Below, one piece after another: positions 21,058 through 30,222 of a stretch of DNA of 64,000 nt; the stretch's first letter is position 1, and each line of letters starts with the position of its first letter. Position numbers and translations under genes: made by a program. The stretch comes from Promethearchaeota archaeon. GTDB taxonomy: Archaea > Asgardarchaeota > Hermodarchaeia > Hermodarchaeales > Hermodarchaeaceae. Location of the stretch: assembly GCA_048939245.1 (NCBI GenBank), contig JBHLPR010000002.1, positions 20,332 to 84,331 on the forward strand, in the 5' to 3' direction. The notes beneath the pieces are model-generated. The model made no database searches. It had not been told where the DNA came from and was given only the letters and a program-made list of their open reading frames with translations.

Positions 21058-21606
21058 ATGTCTGTGAAATTTGCCTGGGCGATAACTGGGGCGGGGGATT
21101 ACATAGCTGAATCAGTAGCTGTGATGAAAGAGATCGTGAATGAACATGATGTTGAAGTTTTAGTCTTTCTGTCCAAAGCAGGCAAGCAAGTCATCAAATG
21201 GTACAAATTAATGAAAGAATTGGAAGCGATTTCATCCCAAATACGTACAGAGCTTGACGCCAATACTCCATTCATTGCTGGTACCCTACAAAAAAGGACT
21301 CACCGCTTTCTTGTCGTCATGCCAGCCACTGCAAATACAGTAGCAAAAATCGCTTATGGCATCGCTGATACCCTTGTGACTAACGCCGTAGCGCAAGCCA
21401 TGAAAACTTCTGTTCCTATTTACATCTATCCCGTCGATCAAAAACCGGGAACTGTGACTACCGTGTTACCAAGTGGGGCAAAATTAGAGCTTATCACACG
21501 GGAAGTGGATCTAGAGAATGTAGAAAAACTTCGTGCGATGAAAGGAATGACCGTGCTGGGGCATCCATCTGAGATCAAAGAACACCTTAGCCACTATCTA
21601 AAATGA
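21058..21606 (+). CDS. Archaeoflavoprotein AfpA-like (HFCD flavoprotein fold)
   Basis: AWAITGAG, PATANTVAKIAYGIADTLVTNAV, YIYPVD, R.VD.ENVEKL. Confidence 0.82.
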   Translation: MSVKFAWAITGAGDYIAESVAVMKEIVNEHDVEVLVFLSKAGKQVIKWYKLMKELEAISSQIRTELDANTPFIAGTLQKRTHRFLVVMPATANTVAKIAYGIADTLVTNAVAQAMKTSVPIYIYPVDQKPGTVTTVLPSGAKLELITREVDLENVEKLRAMKGMTVLGHPSEIKEHLSHYLK

Positions 21607-21618
21607 AAGAGTAGACGT

Positions 21619-22050
21619 CTAATCCAGTATCCCCGCTTCCTTTAGGAGCAGTTGGGTATCTTCATGTATCTCATTCACAATTGCTACTACTTCTTCTTTT
21701 GTAAACCAATCTCCTTCCCCTACATCAGACGCTGGTTTGAACTGACCATCTTGAACTTTCGCAATAACGTCTAAATATAGAATGTGCTCTTTGATTGTTC
21801 CGTCTGCTTCTCGTATCATGCGTTCCATGGGTCGAACCCAACGCAGAATTTCAATCTCCAATCCCGTTTCTTCAGATATTTCACGTCGCACACCCACTTC
21901 GAGGGACTCACCGAATTCAAGACGACCTCCGGGACAAATGTATCTTTCTCGCCAGAATCCACCTTTTTCCGGAACGTGCTTTACAAGTAGAACTCGCTGG
22001 TCATCATTAAAAATCACAGCACCCACACAAGGTACGATTTGTTTCGTCAT
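21619..22050 (-). CDS. NUDIX hydrolase
   Basis: Nudix box GGRLEFGESLEVGVRREISEETGL. Confidence 0.92.
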   Translation of the reverse strand: MTKQIVPCVGAVIFNDDQRVLLVKHVPEKGGFWRERYICPGGRLEFGESLEVGVRREISEETGLEIEILRWVRPMERMIREADGTIKEHILYLDVIAKVQDGQFKPASDVGEGDWFTKEEVVAIVNEIHEDTQLLLKEAGILD

Positions 22051-22178
22051 TATATCACACTCATAATATGACAGATGCAAGTCTTTGTGAAGAGAAACGC
22101 TTAAATTCATTTAGGAGCAGAACGCCCATTAACACCTTTATACTTCATGGCTGTAAAATAATTGTGGGGTCATCTACT

Positions 22179-23246
22179 ATGAGCAAAATCAAAATAGCCA
22201 TTGCAGGCGTTGGAAATTGTGCTAGTAGCCTTGTACAAGCCCTCCAGCATTATGGGCATCCCGATACGGCTGAAGAAAGTGCAGGGCTAGCCCATCCCAT
22301 GTTGGGCAATTATACTGTGAGTGATATTGAAATCGTATCTGCTTTTGATGTGGACCAACGCAAAGTCGGAAAAGATCTAAGTAAAGCCATATTCGCCTCT
22401 CCAAACAATGCTCCAACATTCGCCAAGGTCCCTGCCATGAAGATTCCTGTTCAACGCGGACCAACCCTTGATGGCATTACGTCTGAGCTTCGTGAACTTG
22501 TGAAAGAGAGTGAAGCGAAACCTGTTGATATTACGACGGCTCTGAAGGAAAGCAAAGTGGATATCCTTTTAGGCCTTTTACCCAGTGGGGCGAGCAAGGC
22601 CACCTATCATTACGCTACCGCCGCTTTAAACGCTGGGTGTGCCTACATCAATACCTCCCCTGTGTTATTAGCTAGCGACCGTGAATGGGCCAATCGATTC
22701 CTGAAAGCGAAAATGCCGGTTGTTGGGGATGACCTAATGAGCCAGTTAGGCGCGACAGCATTGCATCGAGCTCTACTAGATTTTTTAGTTAAACGCGGAG
22801 TACGAATCCAAGAGAGCTATCAGCTAGATGTGGGCGGTGGCACTGAATCCTTAGAATCGCTTCACCGCGCCCGTGATCAAAAGCGATCCTTGAAAACAAA
22901 TATCGTGTCCACGGAGGTTCCCTATGCCGTCCCAGTCACCGCAGGATCAACAGATTATGTATATTTCTTAGGTAACCGCCGGGAAAGTTACTTCTATTTA
23001 CGAGGAAAATATATTGGAGACGCAGACTTCAAAATTGATCTCCGCCTAGTTAGTCAAGACGCACCGAATAGTACTTCCATTCTCTTGGATGTAATCCGTG
23101 GCGTCCAGATTGGGCTCGATCGCGGATTTACGGGTCCTATTGATGCAGTGTGCTCATATGGCTTTAAAGCTCCTCCTCGCCCCTATCCTCTCTCGGTCAG
23201 TGAAACCATTTTTGAACATTTCATTCGCAGCACACGACCGGTCTAA
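22179..23246 (+). CDS. myo-inositol-1-phosphate synthase family protein (divergent)
   Basis: IAGVGNCASSLVQ, AFDVD.RKVGKDL..AIF, GDDLMSQLGAT, DAPNS, FKAPP. Confidence 0.82.
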   Translation: MSKIKIAIAGVGNCASSLVQALQHYGHPDTAEESAGLAHPMLGNYTVSDIEIVSAFDVDQRKVGKDLSKAIFASPNNAPTFAKVPAMKIPVQRGPTLDGITSELRELVKESEAKPVDITTALKESKVDILLGLLPSGASKATYHYATAALNAGCAYINTSPVLLASDREWANRFLKAKMPVVGDDLMSQLGATALHRALLDFLVKRGVRIQESYQLDVGGGTESLESLHRARDQKRSLKTNIVSTEVPYAVPVTAGSTDYVYFLGNRRESYFYLRGKYIGDADFKIDLRLVSQDAPNSTSILLDVIRGVQIGLDRGFTGPIDAVCSYGFKAPPRPYPLSVSETIFEHFIRSTRPV

Positions 23247-23329
23247 ATTTGCCCTTCTAGTGCTCTTTTATATGCAATGGCTTGCAACGCATAAGCTACT
23301 ATTTCATGAATTGTTGGAGTGTGTAACAG

Positions 23330-24214
23330 TTGCGAATTGGAATCGCCATAAGTCGAGACCGCCCAAATTGGCCGGTTCGTCGATTGATACGTGCTTTAGA
23401 CGCCAAGTCCTGTGAGAACTTTATCTTTTGTCTCAAAGACCTTTCAGTGCATATGAACTCAAAGGAAATGCAATTTCTCCTGCCACGCCGTCGGTCACTT
23501 GATGCAAATGGGATTATACTTCGGAGTATCGGCGGGGGCTCCACAGATCAAATTACAAGTCGGATATCCCTGCTTGAAGCTCTCGAATTCACAGGGACTC
23601 GAATTTTCAATCGAGCGTATAGTCATCGGCGAGCCAAAGATAAATTCGCCACTTTGGTTTGGTTAGCACATAATGGAATCCCAATTCCAAGCACCACAGT
23701 GACTGAAAGGCTTACTGTCGCAGTTGCCTCTACAAAGCGGTATAGAGATATCGTTTCAAAACCTCTCCGTGGCTCACAAGGTCAAGGAATATTCCGGTTA
23801 CAGGATCCGGATTTGGCTTTTCGAATTTTTAAAATTATGCAAACCGCGAATCAGACGATGTTGATTCAGGAATTCATCAAAACCCCGGGTCGGGATATCC
23901 GGGTGTTTGTAGTTGGAGCGAATGTTATTGGGGCTATGTATCGATATGCAAAACCTGGTGATTGGAAGACCAATGTCTCTCGCGGTGGTAAACCGAAAAA
24001 ATGTCCCGTTTCTAATGAATTAGAGGAGCTTGCCCTGACTGCGGCTCATGCATTAAAGATGGACTTTGCAGGGATTGATATCTTGGAGTCAAATGGTCAA
24101 TTGGTGGTGAGCGAGGTAAATGCCGCCCCGAATTGGAGTGGGCTTCAAAAGGCAACGGGTGTGGATGCCGCCGAGGCAATTGTTTCTCATATTCTACAGG
24201 AACTAAAGCGCTAG
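23330..24214 (+). CDS. RimK-family ATP-grasp alpha-L-glutamate ligase (CofF/MptN/RimK-like)
   Basis: KDKF, KPLRGSQGQG, IQEFI, DIRVFVVG, WKTNVSRGG, GIDIL, EVNAAP. Confidence 0.9.
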   Translation: MRIGIAISRDRPNWPVRRLIRALDAKSCENFIFCLKDLSVHMNSKEMQFLLPRRRSLDANGIILRSIGGGSTDQITSRISLLEALEFTGTRIFNRAYSHRRAKDKFATLVWLAHNGIPIPSTTVTERLTVAVASTKRYRDIVSKPLRGSQGQGIFRLQDPDLAFRIFKIMQTANQTMLIQEFIKTPGRDIRVFVVGANVIGAMYRYAKPGDWKTNVSRGGKPKKCPVSNELEELALTAAHALKMDFAGIDILESNGQLVVSEVNAAPNWSGLQKATGVDAAEAIVSHILQELKR

Positions 24215-24215
24215 T

Positions 24216-24261
24216 AAAAAAAGAAAGGAGGGATGCAGTGATTAATTTCACAATACATCCC
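24216..24261 (-). terminator. Minus-strand hairpin plus T-tract with no annotated gene upstream
   Basis: Minus strand GGGATGTA-tt-GTGA-aattaa-TCAC-TGCATCCC, then TCCTTTCTTTTTTT; the G.U pair forms only on the minus strand. Confidence 0.6.
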
Positions 24262-24739
24262 GGGAATCTTAGAGCAGTTTAGCCTTAACATGGCCAGATT
24301 GGGCCATCAGTTCGTGGGTCCATAATGTTCCGCGCCTTCTTTGATTCGATGTAAGGGGGATCGTGTCCACTCACGCGCGAATTTTGTTTAGTTTAAAAGC
24401 GTTTCGTGAAATCCTTAGATTAACAAGAAGGATATTGAATCGATGAGCTGCCTCTAAAGAACCGTTAAAGCCCGATTTCACAATCTCAGTATCAAAAACA
24501 CTGGGCTTTATACAGATTAGGGAAAAATATCCAATGCTGTTTTTTGTCTGATAAAAAAATTATCGGGAAATCTCGTGATTAGTACTGTAAATATCTCGAA
24601 TGAATTCGATTCTCAACCGTAAATGCAGGTATACGGTCTTCTTGCATTTTTAAGCACCCTCACAGAGCGCAATTTGACCTTGTATTTCTCATTCGCTCCC
24701 CATATCGCTTAAGAATCGTTGAATTCACAGCTTTGGTTT

Positions 24740-24836
24740 GATGGAACGTAACCGTGTGGTCATTGATTGAACCTGACTCGGACATTAGGTCCACTAGCGG
24801 CTTTGAAGTGAGCGTAGTGGATCAATGCCTTCCATC
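24740..24836 (+). ncRNA. Candidate structured RNA (multi-helix junction) upstream of the GH3 gene
   Basis: Nested helices GATGGAA/TTCCATC, CATTGAT/ATCAATG, ACCTGA/TTAGGT, CCACTA/TAGTGG. Confidence 0.4.
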
Positions 24837-24889
24837 TACTCTAAGTCCCAGGTTTCGTTTCACCAGTAAAAAGAATAGGGAGCGAGAAT

Positions 24890-26467
24890 ATGATTTGGAA
24901 ACTACTTTCCAAGCTGCTATATCAAACCAAAGTGAAACCATTTATCAAAACTCTTCAAAACCCCGCAGCAGCTCAAATGGAACGGCTTGAACAGCTAATA
25001 AAAAGTTCTGAAAAAACGGTATATGGAAGACGTCATAATTTTTCGAAGATACGAAATTATGATGATTTTGTAAAGAACGTTCCGATCAATCAATATGCTA
25101 CCCTTCAACCCTATATTCACGAGGAACTGAAGGGCACTGAGAATGTCTTATACCCCGAACCCGTATTTGCGGTGATGGCCACAAGCGGAACCACGGGTGA
25201 ACCCAAATTAATTCCCTACACGGCAAGGACGTGGAAGTCTGCAAATCGGTTCCAGTTACTTTATTTTGCTTCAGCAGATTCAATCCGACCCTTTCTCCAA
25301 GGAAAATTACTAGCCATAATGGCTCCATCCATCTACAAGCGTATGGAAAACTGGGATATTGGGTACCTTACCGGATATGGCATGAAACACGCAAATCGAT
25401 TCTTGAGAAGTAAAATCGTTCCGAAGACCGATGTGTTTGACATCCTTAATTGGGAAGAAAAATTCCGAGAAACAATTCGTCAAGCCATTGAAAAACGCAA
25501 TATCACAGCCTGTATCGGGCTTACATCCTTTGTTATGGCCTTACTTCGACGTACGAAATACGAATCTCTCGATTGGCTGGTTCATGATCCAAGTATCTCA
25601 CCGAAAACAAAACAACGACTCAAAGCTGCTATCACTGATGATAATGCAATCGATTTGCAAACCCTTTGGCCCAATATGTCTGTGGTCTTTTCTTCTGGGG
25701 TGGTAAAAGAACTGTATACCCCCGTGATCAAGGATTTAGTTGGTGAAGTTCATGTCCACGAAGCCTATGCAGGAACTGAGGGAACCTATGGGTTTCAGCT
25801 GTTAGAAGACCAGCGAGGGGTTGTACCGGTTGTTGATGACATAGTATTCGAATTTGTCCAATCACGGGATGGAATGCTTCCTTCGGATACGCAAGCGATT
25901 CCCCTTTCTGATGTAAAACTCAATACTCCGTATCGAATCGTGGTTACGACTCCAAGTGGATTATGGCGATATGATGTCCATGATATAGTGATATTCACCT
26001 CCCTCGACCCCATTTCTCTCCAATGTCTTGGGAAAAGTCAAAATACCATCAACATTAGTGGTGAAAAAGTCTCTGAAGGAGATATTAGTGCAGCTCTGAC
26101 ATTAGCTAGTGAAGACCAAGGGCTACTTGTCCGCGAATTCGTGGTTGCTCCTGAGGTTACGGATAAAGGTGGAACCTATCACATCTTTGCCGAGTTCGGG
26201 CAGTCCCCTTCGAATCTTGAGTTATTCATGAAACGTTTTGACATCCACCTTCAACATGTAAACGAACTCTATTATCACGTTCGCGCTGCACGAACCGTCC
26301 TCCCAGCTATAATTCATCCTGTGACTTTGGGGACCTTCGATTTACTTGAACGTCAACGTCTCCGTGAACAGAACAAAGCGATTGGACAGACAAAAATGCC
26401 GCGAATTACCAGCCTGGATCACGCGCTAGAAAATTTACTGCCCGTAAACTTATCAATCGAAGGCTAA
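24890..26467 (+). CDS. GH3 family acyl acid-amido synthetase-like protein
   Basis: TSGTTGEPKLIPYT, YAGTEG, FEF, YRIVVTTPSGLWRYDVHD, GEKVSE, GQTKMPR. Confidence 0.9.
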   Translation: MIWKLLSKLLYQTKVKPFIKTLQNPAAAQMERLEQLIKSSEKTVYGRRHNFSKIRNYDDFVKNVPINQYATLQPYIHEELKGTENVLYPEPVFAVMATSGTTGEPKLIPYTARTWKSANRFQLLYFASADSIRPFLQGKLLAIMAPSIYKRMENWDIGYLTGYGMKHANRFLRSKIVPKTDVFDILNWEEKFRETIRQAIEKRNITACIGLTSFVMALLRRTKYESLDWLVHDPSISPKTKQRLKAAITDDNAIDLQTLWPNMSVVFSSGVVKELYTPVIKDLVGEVHVHEAYAGTEGTYGFQLLEDQRGVVPVVDDIVFEFVQSRDGMLPSDTQAIPLSDVKLNTPYRIVVTTPSGLWRYDVHDIVIFTSLDPISLQCLGKSQNTINISGEKVSEGDISAALTLASEDQGLLVREFVVAPEVTDKGGTYHIFAEFGQSPSNLELFMKRFDIHLQHVNELYYHVRAARTVLPAIIHPVTLGTFDLLERQRLREQNKAIGQTKMPRITSLDHALENLLPVNLSIEG

Positions 26468-26471
26468 ATAC

Positions 26472-26535
26472 ACGGGAGGAGAGTCGTCTTGGCACATGAC
26501 TCCCGTTGCTCCCTATTTTCTGATTCAGAAGGGAG
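26472..26535. terminator. Two hairpins between convergent genes
   Basis: ACGGGAG...CTCCCGT and CTCCCT..TTCTGA/TCAGAA.GGGAG. Confidence 0.45.
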
Positions 26536-27195
26536 TTATTGCTTTTCTGTTAGTCGACCAGTTTTAGCATAGCCTGGTTTGATAAGCAATCCAACAGCGA
26601 GGATGCTGAGACCAATAAGATCGAGGATTTCAGAAACCCACGTTAGATTTATGGTGCTCAAGGGGACTTTCAGTGCTTGTCCAAACATGGCAATGATTAC
26701 ACCAATTGCCATGACCAATCCATGAACATCAGGTAGCCGTTTCCAATACCAGGCTAGTATGAAGGTTATAATAAACACGATGAATAACGCAAATAAGAAC
26801 GGCATCACCCATAAGCGGACGAGGTTTATTTCTGGGGCCAGCCAAGTCACAGATAAGAGCACTACCACGTAAACAATGACGATAAGGTATCCTAATCGGG
26901 GGCGTTCGTTAAACCAGATTAATAGGGTCGCGATTAACCAGAAAATGAGTGTAAAGGTAACAATTGTGGTTCGAATCTTGAAGATGACGAGTTCAGGGGG
27001 AAGAATCGCCAAATCCATCAAGACATCGAGACTTTCTCCAACTGCCGCAAAAAGCATGGCAATACCGAAAAGGAAAGGCATGTCTGTATAGAATCGATTC
27101 TTACCTCGGAACCATTTTGCCAGGAGTATCAATCCGATTAGGGTCATAACAAAGACTTTGAAGATTTCAATAATCGGAAGCAGGGGTTCACTCAT
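26536..27195 (-). CDS. 7-TM hypothetical membrane protein
   Basis: Seven hydrophobic segments; SD-like GGTGA upstream of the start. Confidence 0.7.
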   Translation of the reverse strand: MSEPLLPIIEIFKVFVMTLIGLILLAKWFRGKNRFYTDMPFLFGIAMLFAAVGESLDVLMDLAILPPELVIFKIRTTIVTFTLIFWLIATLLIWFNERPRLGYLIVIVYVVVLLSVTWLAPEINLVRLWVMPFLFALFIVFIITFILAWYWKRLPDVHGLVMAIGVIIAMFGQALKVPLSTINLTWVSEILDLIGLSILAVGLLIKPGYAKTGRLTEKQ

Positions 27196-27360
27196 TGAGG
27201 ATCACCAGGGCGAGTGGCGTATCAGTAATTAGTTTTTGCTTTTAAGCATTTAAACTACAATTTTCCCCCTGATGTCAGGGCTGGCTGTTGTACTCGTTTA
27301 TTTTGCTGTTACAGCCGATTCTAGTATGTTCAAATACCTCCTGTTGGTATTTCACCAAAC

Positions 27361-28317
27361 TTAGCTATCTTCTTGGAAGATTCCTGCTTTTTCGAGTAAG
27401 TCAATAATAAACTGGTTGGTCTCGGTTGGCACTCGAAGAAGGGATCGATGAAGGCTTGTACAATATTGATGCAGTTCGTCGAACTGATTTAGGAAGGTAT
27501 GCTTTGGCGGAAGATTTCCGACGAGTAAGTCAAGTTCTCGTATTCGACTTCGAGTATAGTCTATCAAATTTTGGAGACCGGTCCAGGATAGATGATTAGT
27601 GTGTCCTAAGGTGATAATTGCCCGTGCCATATCAATCAATAGGAAAGAAAGGGACCAAGGCGACTCTGCTATTTCAGGATAGGCTGATAAGGCTAATTCA
27701 TATAGAAGGGTCGTATGCTGGTACATTACACCGGTGGCGTATCCATGGTCAATCAATAGTTGATCGGCAATATACGTGCGGAGGCGAAAAATGGCTTCCA
27801 GCGTCAAAGAGAAAATCGTAGGGTCTGCATCATCCACGTCATGAGGGATTTGAGGATTGAGTGCATACATTGGGGAGAGGTGAATTGGGTGACATTCTAG
27901 ATACTGTGGCAACACCATTTCAGGAGTATTGGCTGGCATATAATACGGGTAGTCTTCGACCGTGTGAACGTAATGTTGGGCAAATCCTACAGGGATAAGA
28001 TAATCGATATCATGACGACTGGGGGGTCGTAAGGGATCGGCGACTAAGACGCAGGTATCACGATTAGACCATAATGGCATCCATGCCATGTGTGGCCATA
28101 AGGGGTCTTCCTCATCATCGAATGGCATTAAAATAATTCGGGCTCGCATATCACTGCAGAATGCATCCTGAACTTTTTTAATGGCAGACCGATATTGCAG
28201 CGTTACCTCCCGGTAACCTGTAGTCATCAGCATTTGGTCCAGAGCCTCATCCCGAAGGCCATAACCTTCACTGAGCCCTTCCAGAGGTAAAAGGGTACTT
28301 GGTTCCATCGTAATCAA
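27361..28317 (-). CDS. Hypothetical protein
   Basis: 318-aa ORF filling the gap, co-oriented with neighbours; no motif recognised. Confidence 0.6.
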   Translation of the reverse strand: MITMEPSTLLPLEGLSEGYGLRDEALDQMLMTTGYREVTLQYRSAIKKVQDAFCSDMRARIILMPFDDEEDPLWPHMAWMPLWSNRDTCVLVADPLRPPSRHDIDYLIPVGFAQHYVHTVEDYPYYMPANTPEMVLPQYLECHPIHLSPMYALNPQIPHDVDDADPTIFSLTLEAIFRLRTYIADQLLIDHGYATGVMYQHTTLLYELALSAYPEIAESPWSLSFLLIDMARAIITLGHTNHLSWTGLQNLIDYTRSRIRELDLLVGNLPPKHTFLNQFDELHQYCTSLHRSLLRVPTETNQFIIDLLEKAGIFQEDS

Positions 28318-28386
28318 TGACGGGCAGAATTTGGTTTTTTTAAATAGCTTACGGAGGCTGAATGAGAACTAAAATACTGGATTGTC

Positions 28387-29685
28387 TCATTCCCACTCTT
28401 TTAGAATGAGAGATGTTTCCATATCAATGACGCCTTTCAGTTCTTCGATTTTTTGCAGTGTTTTTACGCGTGTGCTACTCAAGGTTCGAATTTCGATACG
28501 TATTAGATAATCCCATTGCCCTGAAATCGCTGAAACCTGGCGAACACCATGGATTCGTCGGAGCTCGCTCATAATGTCTCCGGTTCCATGTCTTAGTTTT
28601 ACGAATACATATCCGCGTAAGGTTGCAGTTGACAAAGCCATGATTCCTGCACTGACAAATATTGTGCCAGTTATTTTTAGCATCCAGGATAAGAAATCAG
28701 TGGCCGGGGGATTAAAGATGCTGGGAAACAGAAAGGCACCCAACAAGGTTAAAGGAATTCCGAGGATGATCGCCACGGACCCAATGCTTTGGACAACTGA
28801 CATTTTTCCCCGTCCTAAAGCCTGCAAATACGCGACCAATGAGAAGAAGGTGAGACTAACGGGTAAAAGAAGCCAACTCCAGACCAATGGGAGGAGGAGG
28901 ATGAGTGATGCGATTACATCCGGAGTGATGAATGGAATCATGAAAAGAGTCATGATGAGGTTGAGAAAAAGAAGGATCCACAACCGAAGATTCAGGGAAT
29001 CTGTGGTTGTTTTATGGCGAATCTCTGTACGTTTTGCCCGGCTTTGAAAGAAGATACTAAATGCAATTCCACCTGCCCATACGGTGATTACAAAGAGTAG
29101 TAGAGTTGGGCTAAAGACACCCACTGGCGTTATTCCAATTAAGATGACACCGAAAGTTATCGCGAGGATTGATAGGATTTCAATAGAGCTGGGCCAATCG
29201 CGAATAAGGATGAGGTCTCCAATCATTAAGTAGATCAGTGAAAGTCGAGAGAATGGGATGACAGCTGAGACGTCGCTACTTTGACCTGCAACGTAGTAAT
29301 AAGCAAAGGTAGAGACCCCTGCAAAGACACCTGCTAGAATAATGTCTCTTACGATTTTCCGGGAGGGCAAGGTTACATGAGAGAAGGATGAATCGATTTG
29401 TGTTCCTAGGCTTCGACGACGAGCTCTGTTTGTGGGGATGCTAAGAAGAAGGAGCAAGACGACGGTGAAAAGCAGGGCCAACCATTGTTCAGCAAGTGCG
29501 AAAGCCACTGAAGAATAAAGGTCTGAAAGGAAGGGAAAGAAGAATAAACGATAGATGAAGACATCAAAAAATACAGAGAATGCATACAATACTCCGGAGA
29601 TGAGGGAAAGGAAGTAAAAGATCGTCTTTGCTTGTCGAGCTCCCAAGCGTCGCTCCATTGCTGCTCGCACTAATATCCTCTCCAC
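28387..29685 (-). CDS. EamA/DMT-type 10-TM transporter fused to a C-terminal Lrp/AsnC ligand-binding (RAM) domain
   Basis: DMT-like DVSAVIPFS and YLQALGRGKMSVV; C-terminus GYVFVKL...IHGV.QVSAISGQWDYLIRI...METSLILKE. Confidence 0.7.
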   Translation of the reverse strand: MERILVRAAMERRLGARQAKTIFYFLSLISGVLYAFSVFFDVFIYRLFFFPFLSDLYSSVAFALAEQWLALLFTVVLLLLLSIPTNRARRRSLGTQIDSSFSHVTLPSRKIVRDIILAGVFAGVSTFAYYYVAGQSSDVSAVIPFSRLSLIYLMIGDLILIRDWPSSIEILSILAITFGVILIGITPVGVFSPTLLLFVITVWAGGIAFSIFFQSRAKRTEIRHKTTTDSLNLRLWILLFLNLIMTLFMIPFITPDVIASLILLLPLVWSWLLLPVSLTFFSLVAYLQALGRGKMSVVQSIGSVAIILGIPLTLLGAFLFPSIFNPPATDFLSWMLKITGTIFVSAGIMALSTATLRGYVFVKLRHGTGDIMSELRRIHGVRQVSAISGQWDYLIRIEIRTLSSTRVKTLQKIEELKGVIDMETSLILKEWE

Positions 29686-29706
29686 GTCATCCGTCAGGTT
29701 TCGTTT

Positions 29707-29946
29707 CTAGAATTCTTTTTCAACAACAGCCGTTGTCATGGTTTCTAAACCTTGAATTTTCCCGATATGATTCACGGTGAGATCATAGAGTGCTTCTAAA
29801 TTCTGTAAATCGAATCGGGCGATGATATCAAATTCTCCTGTTGTTACAGAAATACTGGTTGCTTCTTGAAGCTCCCGAAGCGCTTCAAGGACGTTTTGGA
29901 TATGCCCCATGAATACTTTTATCATGATGAACACGGATACAGCCAC
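29707..29946 (-). CDS. Stand-alone Lrp/AsnC ligand-binding (RAM) domain protein
   Basis: VFIMIKV..G, VTTGEFDIIA, IGKIQGL.TMTTAVV; no HTH. Confidence 0.85.
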   Translation of the reverse strand: MAVSVFIMIKVFMGHIQNVLEALRELQEATSISVTTGEFDIIARFDLQNLEALYDLTVNHIGKIQGLETMTTAVVEKEF

Positions 29947-30135
29947 AGTTTTCTACCTCTGACTTTGTGTTTGTTGCCTTCACCTAACTAACTGCGATTA
30001 AAGGTTTTCTTCTTGAATGCGAACTCAAAGTTCCCTAAAGGAATAAAAACACATGATTTCTCTTAACCTAGTATTATCTACGTAATCCCCGAAGAATTCC
30101 TCCTAATAACACACAAGGTACTGTTTCGGTTGTTA

Positions 30136-30208
30136 CCGTTATTTGACCGTCTGGGGTTTACCCTTGGAGTTTATCTATTGAATCTATGAACTTCTGGTCA
30201 AATAATGG
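30136..30208 (+). other. Long intergenic inverted repeat enclosing two hairpins
   Basis: CCGTTATTTGACC/GGTCAAATAATGG (13 bp) enclosing GGG-gttta-CCC and GGAGTTTAT/ATGAACTTC. Confidence 0.45.
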
Positions 30209-30222
30209 CATCTATCTCCTCG

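Noticed and set aside
24760-24780. GGTTCAATC on the minus strand resembling a tRNA T-loop
   Set aside because: No T-stem closure, acceptor stem or cloverleaf.
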